Assembly: GCA_030704615.1 (NCBI GenBank)
Contig: CM060732.1
Coordinates: forward strand, 28,644,001-28,708,000
DNA length: 64,000 nt
DNA from: Takakia lepidozioides
Taxonomy: Eukaryota; Plantae; Bryophyta
Direction: 5' to 3'
Made by a program: the position numbers and the translations under genes. Positions 39,595 through 50,800 of the stretch are shown piece after piece; position 1 is the stretch's first letter, and each line of letters starts with the position of its first letter. The notes below the pieces were generated by a model. It was not told the DNA's origin and searched no databases. It saw only the letters and a list, made by a program, of their open reading frames with translations.

Positions 39595-40203
39595 TCACCA
39601 AGTCGACGGAACTTCGATAGCCCTCAAAACTAGCTCATTACTGATGCGGCATCTCGAGGTAAACTGCAATGCGGTCGATCTGGTGCCCTTGGTGGAGCTG
39701 ACGACAATGTCATACCCATCAATCATACCACCATCATACATCGACAAGGTCAATGTGGCCCTCATGTGCCCGTGCGATTCGTCTTCGCAACTCAGCCGAA
39801 TGTCTCCATACACTGGAAAAGCGGAGTGAACTCCACGAATATAGTTTTCCCCGATGCCGTCCTCCCTGGTCCACTGGCAGCAGTTCCAGCGCCAAAGTGA
39901 GGCCGTGCGTGATCTGTCCGGCATCCCATTCCACCTTGGTATATCGAGGTCAACAATTTTCAGGACCCACGGACCGCCTTGACCCTCGCCCTCACCTCGC
40001 TCAAAGCGGTAATAGCCCTCCAGATACTCCATTGCGCGCAAAGACTCCCGCTTGATTCCAAATGCGTCTGTGAAAAGTGAAAGCCAGACAATGATGTCTC
40101 CTGATTGTGGTTTGAACATAGCATAATCGTGGCCATGATAAGGGCAGTCAGCAGGATTTCGGCGGCACGGCATCCCTGAAAAAGAGTAGCGCAGTACGCT
40201 CAA
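39595..40203 (-). CDS. Unknown ~190-200 aa protein (element cargo), paralog A
   Basis: Open ORF, collinear at protein level with 40728-41345 (CPY.G.DYAM...SGDI..W; RWNCCQWT; P.YGDIR; DGGMI.G.DIVV; ELVLRA.EVP). Confidence 0.65.
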   Translation of the reverse strand: MSVLRYSFSGMPCRRNPADCPYHGHDYAMFKPQSGDIIVWLSLFTDAFGIKRESLRAMEYLEGYYRFERGEGEGQGGPWVLKIVDLDIPRWNGMPDRSRTASLWRWNCCQWTREDGIGENYIRGVHSAFPVYGDIRLSCEDESHGHMRATLTLSMYDGGMIDGYDIVVSSTKGTRSTALQFTSRCRISNELVLRAIEVPSTW

Positions 40204-40727
40204 TGACAGCAGCTCTCGGATGGAGGAGGTAGCAGCGCGGTGGCTGGAAGAAATTCAAGCAAACGCTGCAATTCGTCACAAATACTCCAGGGCACATTTA
40301 AATTTCCCCCTACAGGAACCTGCAGGGCTGAAGATTGGCTCATCCATGGATGTAGCCGATTCAGTTTCCTTCCCTGCCATGCAAACTATGGGCAGTAAGT
40401 GCCAGGTGGGCCTATAGCCACTCAAGACGACGAGTCCATCCCCCCTTCGATGTAAATGCGGCGCCGAATTTCCATCCGGGGGATGGACTTCGGTGGCAGA
40501 TTTCAAACTATACCCCATGGATGAGAAAGAGGTATCGGTTCATCCACCGCTGGCTTGTTGAACACGTTACACGATGATTGGTGGGTACTTGTGACCCAGA
40601 TGGTCCATTATTGGAGCCCGCACTGCTCTTCCGCTTCTCATCATTTCGAAAATCTAAGGGCTTCGTTGCTGTCCGCAAGGTGATTTTCATCGGCATCAAA
40701 CACGTCCTCAGGTCCTCCTTTGCAAGG

Positions 40728-41345
40728 ATGTCGTGCTTCCGGAACCGGGACGACTGCCCTTATGGAGGCATCGATTATGCAATGTATTCGGCCACATCGG
40801 GAGACATCGTTATCTGGTACACAGATTACACAGAAGATACTGGTTCGAATGTGGAGACATTGTCCGCTTTTGAGTATCTCCCAGGCCAGTACGCCTTCGA
40901 GCGGGGTGACCATCTGGGTCTGAGGAGTCCGTGGCTCCTGCGCATCCTTGATTCCGATTTTCCCAGCTACGACGGGCACCCATGCAGAAGAATGCGCACT
41001 GCTATGCTGTTGCGGTGGAACTGCTGCCAGTGGACGTGAGTGGACTCCATCGGAGAGACTTATACTCCTGAAGGAGTGCGCTCATCTTCTCCATTGTATG
41101 GGGACATTCGCATTGGTGTGGACGCCGAAAACGTGAAGCTTTCCATATTTGATGGTGGTATGATTGAAGGGCAGGACATTGTGGTGAACATCAACAAGGG
41201 CGGTACAACGGCTGCAATCCAGTTTACCTGGAGGAGCCCGAAGACTCATGAGCTAGTTTTGAGAGCAGTCGAAGTCCCATTGACAACGCGACTTGTATTC
41301 AGAAGGCACAGGGCTAAAGATTTGTTTGCACAATCAGCACAGTAG
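40728..41345 (+). pseudogene. Unknown protein, paralog B, with an in-frame TGA at 41037-41039
   Basis: ORFs 40578-41039 and 41040-41345 are in one frame. The TGA aligns with the Arg of QWTRE in paralog A. Confidence 0.65.
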
Positions 41346-42631
41346 ACGTGCTTCAAATGCAATTCATGTGGATCAATAAAAATCCCATTGTGCCCTCTTT
41401 TTGTTCTATTCTGTATCCATCGTTCCCAAAATGCGTCATTCCTCATTTCGTTTGGGATTGGGAGTGTGGGTGGATTTTGCAAGTGGCTGGTAGGCTGAAA
41501 TGGGCCCCCATTGTACAGATCGGTACCACCCTACCATTCGTGAAACATTGCCTTTCAATATGTAATTCTAAAAAACATTGCCGAACCTCCTTCATCGGGA
41601 GGTCCTTCTCCCCCTATGACCGTGACACCCTAAACCCTATTCCCGCGGACACTCATTTCCGGAAAATAGTCCTGCTCATGTTTTTTTCGACACTTACGAC
41701 TCTGCTCATGGCTCATGGCTCATGGCTCATGGCTCATGCCGCTCATGGCTCATGGCTCATGAAATAGCAGCCCCCAAGGTGGCACCTCGCCATCGCCTGT
41801 CAGCAGCCACTTCAACCTTTTCTCCTTGTCTTGATTCCAGTCTTTATCATGCCATGATGGCTCCTCTTCATCCCTTGGAACATCCTGTGGCTTGCCCACT
41901 AAATTGCTCTATGCAATTCCTTCTTACGAATCGACCTGGTCCTATAACAAGAAGACACAAAAGCAGCTAGAAGCTTGATGACAGAGAACCTGAGATGCCA
42001 TACAGCCAGCACTCCACATGTTTTATCCCCCCCATTGATTGTGCCCAGACTCTCTTCCTTGTGCTTCCAGCCCTGGCCGTTTTCCTTGCTTGCTCATTTG
42101 CCCATAACTGTCATCTTCAAGGCAATGGCGGCAGCGGTGGTGCGCCGCTCTCCTTACATGCTCCTATCTCCTGTAATTGATCATCACTCCGAGAGAGGCG
42201 GCACCGCTTCCCTTTACACAGAATACCAAGCAGAGGCACTTAATGCCGCTTCCTAAACCAAGCGAAATCCCACAGCGTAGGTACAACCTCCCAACAACAG
42301 GCTGCCCTGTCAACACCACTGCTCGCAGCAGCTGCTACGAGTCACCCGTCATCTTCCTCTTTGTTTTTCTCAACCCGTGATTTTAGGTTAAGCACCAGTG
42401 ATGAAAACGTTCAACGCATGGATGAAAATACGCATTGTCATGACTTAGCCATTTTTTCTCCTGGCAAAGCATAAGCTCAGTGTGCCCATGAAATTACCTG
42501 CATGCAGGGATACATCCCTCCTGCAGTTGGGATAACGGGCACTCCTATTATGTGATGTAGGTCTTAACGGTAAAACAAAGATGTAATGTCACTCCCCTGC
42601 ATTCACACTACATATGTAGTGTGTCCCCCTT

Positions 42632-44456
42632 TTAAGTGTCAGGGTCCTCACTGACCACCTTCACTGGCTGATCACCCACTGGTGGTATGAAGGGTTTCAA
42701 GTCCCTCCTACTTCTTACCCATTCCTTGTTTGCCCCATCTCTTAGCCTGCATCTGCGTGCAACTTCCCCTGTCCTTGTGGTGTTTCCCGCATCTTTGTAC
42801 CCCAAAAAGTCATAGGGTCCCTCCCATGGAGATGTCATGGAAGACTTCTTCCCAGGCCTCATCATCATCACCTTGTTGTTCTCCATCAACCTGCAGTAGC
42901 TGTGCCCTATTTGATGTTTCCTTGCATAATCTCTTGCCTGCTGACGCTGCGCTTTCTTCACATTTTTTCGCAGCTTAGCTTTTATCTCTGAGAGGAGCTG
43001 GATTTTTTTGCATCATAAGTGTGACCTCTGCAACAGATCCATCAAGATTTACTGCTGTTGTGAGAAAGTGCAACCTGTTATCGATCCCCAGTCTTGGAAT
43101 CCTACCAGTCAGCACTTGAAAAGGTGAGAATCCTGTTGAAGCATGAATACCCATTCTGTAACCAAACAAGGCTTTGTATAGGTTCTGATCCCACTCAGTG
43201 TCGTTTCCAACTCCCAAGGTGGTGATGCTCTGCTTGAGTGACTTAATCACTCTTTCCACCATACCATTACACTGCGGCTAGTCGGGAGCGCTATGCTCTC
43301 TTTTTATACCATATTCGCGGCACGTATCTTCAAACTCACCTCCCCACTCCGTGCAATTGTCAGTGAGCAATGTGTGGGGACAGCTATACCTGTTAATGAC
43401 TTCCTCCTCAAGAAAGCGGGCAGTAAGTGCTGCTGTATGATCTGCCACTGGTGCAGCCTCTATCCATTTTGAGAAGTGATCTATTGCCACTAGAAAGTAC
43501 TGATTTCCCCTGCTGGTTATAGGTAATGGTCCTGCCGTGTCAATTGCAACTCTGAAAAACAGATCCACTACTGGAATACTGTGCAGTTTTGAGCTACCTG
43601 AGCGCAACACTCCGTTCTGTTTAGCCATCTGACATTTGCCACAGCCTTTGAGTACTTGCCTGATGAGTTTTGTTCTGTCATGCCAGAAATACCGTCGGCA
43701 TATCTCCTCTTGTGTTCTTCGGACTCCAAAATGGCCCGTGGCCTTATGCACTTCAGTGATTATTGCCTCTCTGTCCGTTCTTGGTGGAACTACCCTTCCC
43801 TCAAAGTAGACCTCACCCTTGAGATAGGAGTACTGCCTTGCCCGCCTGTTGGCTCTTTTGCTCTCCTCCTTTGTCAGATAGTCATTGACTTCTCCAAAAC
43901 ATAAGAGATGCATAACTTCCACATCATCAAGTACATCAGGTTGCCTTTCCTCCTTAACAGCCACTGTATGATTGTCAGAGCTGATGAGAGACCTTTTCCC
44001 CCATCTTTCAGCTTCGCGTAATAGTGACATCTGAGTGGCCTTGGTGGGTGTGCTCCATGGCACCCAGTCCCCTTCATCATCCCTGTTATAAGAAGAAGTG
44101 TCTTGTTCGGAACAATGTGGCCCATCACTGTCTGAAGAATAAAATGTCTTGGTGGAACACTCACCCCCCATGTTCTCTTCAACTGGCCATTCTGACGAGG
44201 AAGTCACCCGAGTTTTTCTTGTTGTTTCTGTGCTTGTAGATTGTTGAAGGAATGGTGTTTCTTGCAAGCTCCCCTCTTCATCGTTTGATCGTTCCTTCAC
44301 AATTTTGCAGGCTGGCTGTACCTTGCTTAGCTCCTGATCACGAGCATGAGATCCTCGGGTAATCACATGGATGGTGGGACAAAAGGTCATCAGATCTTCC
44401 TCTTCTTTGTTGTTGATTGCAGGATCCTCCTTTTTTCCTGCACCCATATCTTCCAA
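42632..44456 (-). pseudogene. Ty3/gypsy-type integrase remnant
   Basis: H..GHFG...C..CQ zinc finger, AIDTAGPLP, AIDHFSKW, LLTDN, GMVER, H.STGFSPF and a GPY motif. Stop at 43278; the upstream part is lost in the gap. Confidence 0.88.
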
Positions 44457-44552
44457 ATACCCTCCCTGACCAGATTGACAGGACCTGATTGATCAATTCC
44501 CTTTCCTTGTTTCTTGGCAGCCAAAGTCTGTGCAGCAAAAGTCACCCTTTTT

Positions 44553-45052
44553 NNNNNNNNNNNNNNNNNNNNNNNNNNNNNNNNNNNNNNNNNNNNNNNN
44601 NNNNNNNNNNNNNNNNNNNNNNNNNNNNNNNNNNNNNNNNNNNNNNNNNNNNNNNNNNNNNNNNNNNNNNNNNNNNNNNNNNNNNNNNNNNNNNNNNNNN
44701 NNNNNNNNNNNNNNNNNNNNNNNNNNNNNNNNNNNNNNNNNNNNNNNNNNNNNNNNNNNNNNNNNNNNNNNNNNNNNNNNNNNNNNNNNNNNNNNNNNNN
44801 NNNNNNNNNNNNNNNNNNNNNNNNNNNNNNNNNNNNNNNNNNNNNNNNNNNNNNNNNNNNNNNNNNNNNNNNNNNNNNNNNNNNNNNNNNNNNNNNNNNN
44901 NNNNNNNNNNNNNNNNNNNNNNNNNNNNNNNNNNNNNNNNNNNNNNNNNNNNNNNNNNNNNNNNNNNNNNNNNNNNNNNNNNNNNNNNNNNNNNNNNNNN
45001 NNNNNNNNNNNNNNNNNNNNNNNNNNNNNNNNNNNNNNNNNNNNNNNNNNNN
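44553..45052. other. Assembly gap (500 N)
   Basis: Run of N. Confidence 1.
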
Positions 45053-46868
45053 ACAGCCCACACCAACCCGTCACAGTCGTCACAGCAGACACAGCCCACA
45101 CAGCCAGTCAGCCCGGCACAGCCACACAGCCAGTCACAGCCCGCCGACACTGCCAAACACAGCCAGTCACCGCTTGACACAGCTGTCACGAGAATAGGGA
45201 ACGAAGAGTAGGACAGGGAACGACTGTGGGGAAACAACACCTGTGAAGGGAACATGTTAATTCGCATACGACGGTTAGAGAGGGAAACGGTTAGAACCGC
45301 GGATAGGAGGATAAAGGGAAGAACGGGGAATGATGAAGGGGGGGATTAGGATCATTATTGGGGGGAGGATTAGGATCATTATTCGGGGAGGACTTCGGAG
45401 ACAGGCGGGAGCGGAGATCGGAGAGCACGATGAAGGAGGAAAGAGGATTAGTAGATGCTTGTTATATGCAAAGCTGTAGGGATATTGTAGAGGAGAATAG
45501 AGACACAATGGCTTCGGCCTGATACCTGATAAATCATAATCTGATACTTATACGATACAATCACACTGTGTAGAGAGATCTGAGTGAAGCTGTGGATTGA
45601 ATGGAGGAGTGAAGGAAACTGATAAATTGATGATGCAAACTGATACTTAATTATCAATGGTAAGGAAGCTAAGATGAATGCGGAAAAGGAAACAAATAGG
45701 AAACACCCCCATGATACACTAGCTGTAGGTCATGACTGATTGTTCTGCGCGGGCTGAGTACTTAGAGATTTCCAACTCTTCTATCTTGGAGTTTCCGCCT
45801 CGGATAGCGAAGGGATGGGTGAGTAAAAGCAGCGCGACAGCAAAGGTGATGATGCAAAAGGACTCCCAACTTCGTTCATGGTTTCATGCGGCCTGGAACA
45901 ATTTGTCAACACAGAAATTCGGGCTTGACGATATTTTCTTTAAGGGCCAAGAGGCATGGAAATACTTGCACAATTCACAAGTCATTGGTACACCACTCAC
46001 CTGGACAGACAAGGAGTTCAGGGTCTTGACCAATTTTGCCATTCAGCGCTTACAGCAAGTTTTGCAATTTAAACTTCCAGACATGGTGGGACAACATTGT
46101 ATGCCCCAGAGAATTCCAGTTAGAGTTCGACCGTTAAAACACCTCAACGGGGACAAGGATTTTGATACTACTGTTTCTTCAGCGGACTCTTTTGACATGG
46201 CAGAGGACTATGCAATTCAGATGGCAGAGAAGAAGCGACGGGGGTCTCCTATGCCTGAAAGATTACCTCGATATCAGCCTCCAGAGGGACTGACATATCC
46301 AGGTAGTGTTCAATCATCTCCCTCAACCAGTGACAGGACACGGGCTCGCACACGGAGTCCTTCACGAGACTCTCAACGTCACAAGGGTGCTCGCTCACAA
46401 AGGTTTACAAATCCCAAACAGTAAACCGTGAGGACACGGCTTTTTGAGAGGGGGATGGGTAATGTTAGAGGACTGCTTGGGACTTAGACGCTTTTACGGG
46501 ATCTCAAGGGTACCCTTAATTTTTACACAGACTGAGACCAACAGGAGCTTTAGGGGTGAAAACAACAGGCTTTAGGGGGGGAGATACACAGCCCGTCACA
46601 GTCCAACACAGCCAGTCACAGCCAACACAGCCCGTCACAGCTTCGCACAGCCAACACAGCCAGTCACAGCCCGACACAGCCCGACACAGTCGCACAGCCA
46701 GTCACAGCCCGACACAACCCAACACAGTCGCACAGCCCAACACAGTCGCATAGCCAGTCACAGCTTGACACAGCTGTCACGACCATAGGGAACGGATAGC
46801 AAGACAAGGAACGACTGTGGGGAACAACATCTGCGAATGGAACATGTTAGTTCACGGATGACGGTTAG
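45053..46868 (+). repeat. Pair of direct repeats (45053-45277 and ~46585-46868) flanking a 230-aa ORF; each is an ACACAGCC-rich array plus a ~105-bp unique tail
   Basis: GCTTGACACAGCTGTCACGA...GACGGTTAG occurs at ~45172-45277 and ~46763-46868. A purine tract lies at 46574-46584, before the second copy. Confidence 0.75.
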
Positions 46869-47858
46869 TTATGTAAATACATTAAATGACTTACATTACT
46901 TATGTGTATCATCAATCCAGAAGGTCCAAATTTTTTGAGGCATGTGCTCCATCCATATTATTCTCTGACAGAAACAACTAAATCGACTATCCCCCATTTT
47001 TAAGACGACGACGCCATTGTTGAGATCTTAGAATCCAATGTACTGCCTTCTTCTTATGAACATATGAAACATAAATGCTCTGCATGTTTCCATTTATTTT
47101 ACAACCAATCGTTGATTAATCGTCCAACTATGAACTGACACACTAGACGACACAATTTATTTACAATCAAATCCCATGACATGTATGTTGATTTGTTCTT
47201 TGATTACTCATGTATGAGTAATGAGTACAAGTATTTGTGGCGACAATTGACTCTAAAACCAATAAATTGATTAAGACACCCATAACAAAATATTTAGTTA
47301 CTTTATCACTTACTTTATATTGTATTATGAAGGCGCCGCCACAAAGTAACATGTCAATCGTACAACCATCTTCTGAGGATCCACGTGTAACCCATGTAGT
47401 CCAAAAAGCACTAACGCCAGAGTGTATAAAAAAGGTTCGTATTTCAGATTTGGCCAATTTGGCCTTTTTAAGGCCCTTCGCCCCCCTTTCCCCCCACTCT
47501 CCTTGGCAGGGGCAGGTTTGAACCCGCAACCTAGTGGAAAATACACCACAACCGTACCAACAAGCCATGCTCTATTCAATGACACAACCCCTACTTTTTT
47601 GTTAATAAACTGTTTCTATTCAATTAAACTTGTTGCCATTACTACATGACTAACCCGGTATCATTACTACACTAACGTAGTCTAGTATACTTGCACATTA
47701 TCCCTTGCCACTCCCCCAAACAAACACACACAAACTACACAAGCACTTAACACGTCTCTAGTCTCTACACCCTGGAGACTCCCGTTGCGAAGAGGAGACG
47801 GAGGCGCCGCATCTCGGCCTTATACTATACCACCCCGAGGCAACGAGCTGTTGCGGCG

Positions 47859-50800
47859 ATGGGGAGGAAGAAGGACACTCAAGGGGGAGGCGTTGCTGGT
47901 GGTGGTGGTGGTAGAGGCAAGCTGCGGACGGAGAAGGTAAGCTGCAGTTTTGTTTCGATTTCATGACCTGCACTTAGGCATATGCGCCATCGCATAAGCC
48001 CCACCAAGCTGCTCCTAATCTAGCACCTCCGCCGGCGCAGATGCCTAAGTCACTTCAACCTCACAAGTTTGCGAATCTCCACACATACACACAACCGTCT
48101 CCGCCGGCGGAGACAGCTCATTCCCCTTGGTTTTTTCTGATGCTTGGAAGGGCTGGGCTGCCACCTCCACCGGCGCATACCGTTGGAGCTGGGATACTCA
48201 CATGTTTCAGGAAGTGCTCCTCTACTCCCATCCCGTTTATTTTTTTGCATGCTCATACGTTGCTGATGCTCTGAGCGGGTTGGGCTGGCGTATCCGCCGG
48301 CGCATACCTGTGCAGCAGGGCTGCTCAAATGTTTCAGGAAGTTCTCCCCTTTTCCATCTCCTTTGTTTTTCCGTATGCTCAAAAGTTGCTGATGCTCCGA
48401 GTGGGCTGCGCTGGCATATCCGCCGGCGCATACCCATTGAGTACATTTTTTTTTACTCAGCTCATAGGTTTCAGGAACCTCCTGCAAGTGTCTCCGCCAG
48501 CGGAGACACTTGGAGCTTGGTTTTTTTTGCATATTCCCTGTGTTACGGAAGCTCCAAAGTGCCAAGGCTGCCACCTCTGTCAATGCAAACCCGTGCAACA
48601 GGGCTGTTCACATATTTCAGGAAGTTCTCCCCCCCTTCCATCTCTTTTGTTTCTCCGCATTCTCATAAGTTGTTGATGCTCCGAGCGGGCTGGGCTGCCA
48701 TATCCGCCGGCGTATACCCATTGAGCACAATCTTTTTTTGCTTAGCTCCTAGGTTTCAGGAACCTCATGCAAGCATCTCCGCCGGCATCGGCGCAGACGC
48801 TTGGGGAACCTTCCCTATTTTGGTTGATCACAATATTCAAGTATCTCAAAGCTTCTACGTTGCCACCTCCACAACTCCACATGCTTCCATAGGCCTAGTT
48901 TGATCTTTCAAGGTGCTCCTGTATGTTTGGCTACAACCTCCCTTCCATGGTATGCGCCGGCGTATATGCTTGGAGCTCCTTGAGCAAAAATTTCTTCAAG
49001 GGCCTCAAATCTTGTCAAATTTTGAGTTGGTTGCACATATGTGTCATATGCGCCGGCGTAGGTGGTTGGAGGTCCTCTGTCGGGATGCTCAGGCCTGTAT
49101 TCTGCTCCAAGTTGTAAGCTTTGAAAGACAAGGATATTCATGGAATTAGTTGACTATTCAAATTCATTTGTTTTCTTCATGCAACCATGACATTGAACTG
49201 CTCTTTTTACATATTATACATTCAGACATGTGCTCTTCTCATACACTGACATCTTGAACTGTTTTGGTCTATGGAATTAGGAAATTACCACTACAACTGA
49301 AGCTGTGGAGGCCGGGATGCTTGCAACCATTATTGACGACATTGATGCAGGGAATTGGGGGGCAGATGAGTATGAAGAGGATACAACATCTAGTGATCCT
49401 CTTTCTCTAGATGCCAAACATGCAATTATTCTGGAAAAGAAACAAGATCTGAATGTAACTTTCAGGTCCCTCCTCATTGAGGATGGAGTTATGGACATTC
49501 CATTGTGTCGCATGATTTCTATGCAGGTTGTTAGGCCCGCCCTTGCCAACGACATCCTAAAGCTTAGAGGAGATTTCTATTCTGGATACCATCCAGGAGC
49601 AGCCGTGTTCTATGTTTCTGTTGAGGGGATTGATGGATCTACTATATGGGATAGTAATTGGAAAACAGTAAATGATGAGTTTGAGAAGTATCTTGAGTCC
49701 AAGCCAAAGTTGCATCATCTTCGGGGGAAGATGTTTCATGTCTGGGATGGGAATCATAGGCTTCAAGCATGGTATCCCTATATCAATAAAGTTCATGGAG
49801 CCAACTTGTTGTCTGTGTGACAAGTTGGGAGCTCAATGCGGACATCGAAAATCGTGGTTCCCTCAGGTCCATCATGGATGGAGTGAATGTGTGAGTTTCC
49901 TTTCTATTCTTCATTTACTTTCATGTTCAATGTTGTCATGTTCTTGCTCAATGGATGTACATATACACATCTTCTTTCTAATGATCATATTTTATATGTG
50001 CAGGGCAATAGAGAGGGCACATGTTACATCCAAATTTGTGCACTTGGTTTGCAAGGTCAATATGATTGGCCTTACACCTGTCTCTGGAATGGAAGAATGT
50101 ATTGAGGAAAGAGCAATACGACGAATGCATCAAGAAAGCAGGAAAGACTTGGTATAACCTGACAGTCCATGCAATGACAGAGATTTTGTACAAGGTAACA
50201 TCATGTCTTAACCAAGTTTCATTCTTTGCATCCATAGACAAGATTCACCTCTGGTTCATGTTATGAACTGTTTTGGTTCTTTTGGCAGCATGATATTGTT
50301 GAGGCCCAACGCATGGCGGGGGAAGCTTACAAACTTGCTGAGGGGCCAAAGAGTCAAGAGGGCCTTGAAGATACAATGAGACAGGCTGGATTGAAAGCAA
50401 GGGAGCAACACAAGAGTCAGCTTGTGAAGTTGCTTCCTATTGCTGATCCAACCCTTGGAGAGGGGTTTCTCCAAGAACTTAAACTGCATTGGTCACGTGT
50501 AAAGGCAGGATCAGAGGAAATGACCCAAGAGAAAATGGTGAACATTGCTAATGCCCAGGTGGATCCTGAAGAAAAGGTGGAATGGCTACATATATGGAAT
50601 GGAGACCAAACACTTCACGACCGTAATTTTTTTCCACCCGGGCCTATCAGTGGGCCAACACTTGATCCTTGGCTGAATAGAAGGACTTTTTGGTGGCAGG
50701 TACATATACAATCACTATCTTCTCAATGCAATTAATTCATTTTATTGATGACACATTAACATAGTTATTTAACTGACTGTATTTTCTGGCAGCTTCGCAA

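Larger units (their letters stand above)
13751..41775. mobile_element. Outer large Mutator-like DNA transposon carrying a ParB-MTase gene (interrupted by the inner copy)
   Basis: Termini GAGGTTTACTATTTCATGAGC (13751) and GCTCATGAAATAGCAGCCCCC (ends 41775). Flanking direct repeat AAGGTGGC at 13743-13750 and 41776-41783 (9-bp CAAGGTGGC if the last C is counted). The same palindrome type occurs in both arms (14292-14313 and 30911 onward). Confidence 0.9.

Noticed and set aside
13751-41775. Bacterial/phage contamination or an integrated plasmid (ParB plus MTase)
   Set aside because: The genes have spliceosomal GT-AG introns and lie within TIRs and a TSD with a eukaryotic MULE/SWIM transposase.
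44390-45267. Long ORFs across 44553-45052
   Set aside because: Artefacts of the N gap.
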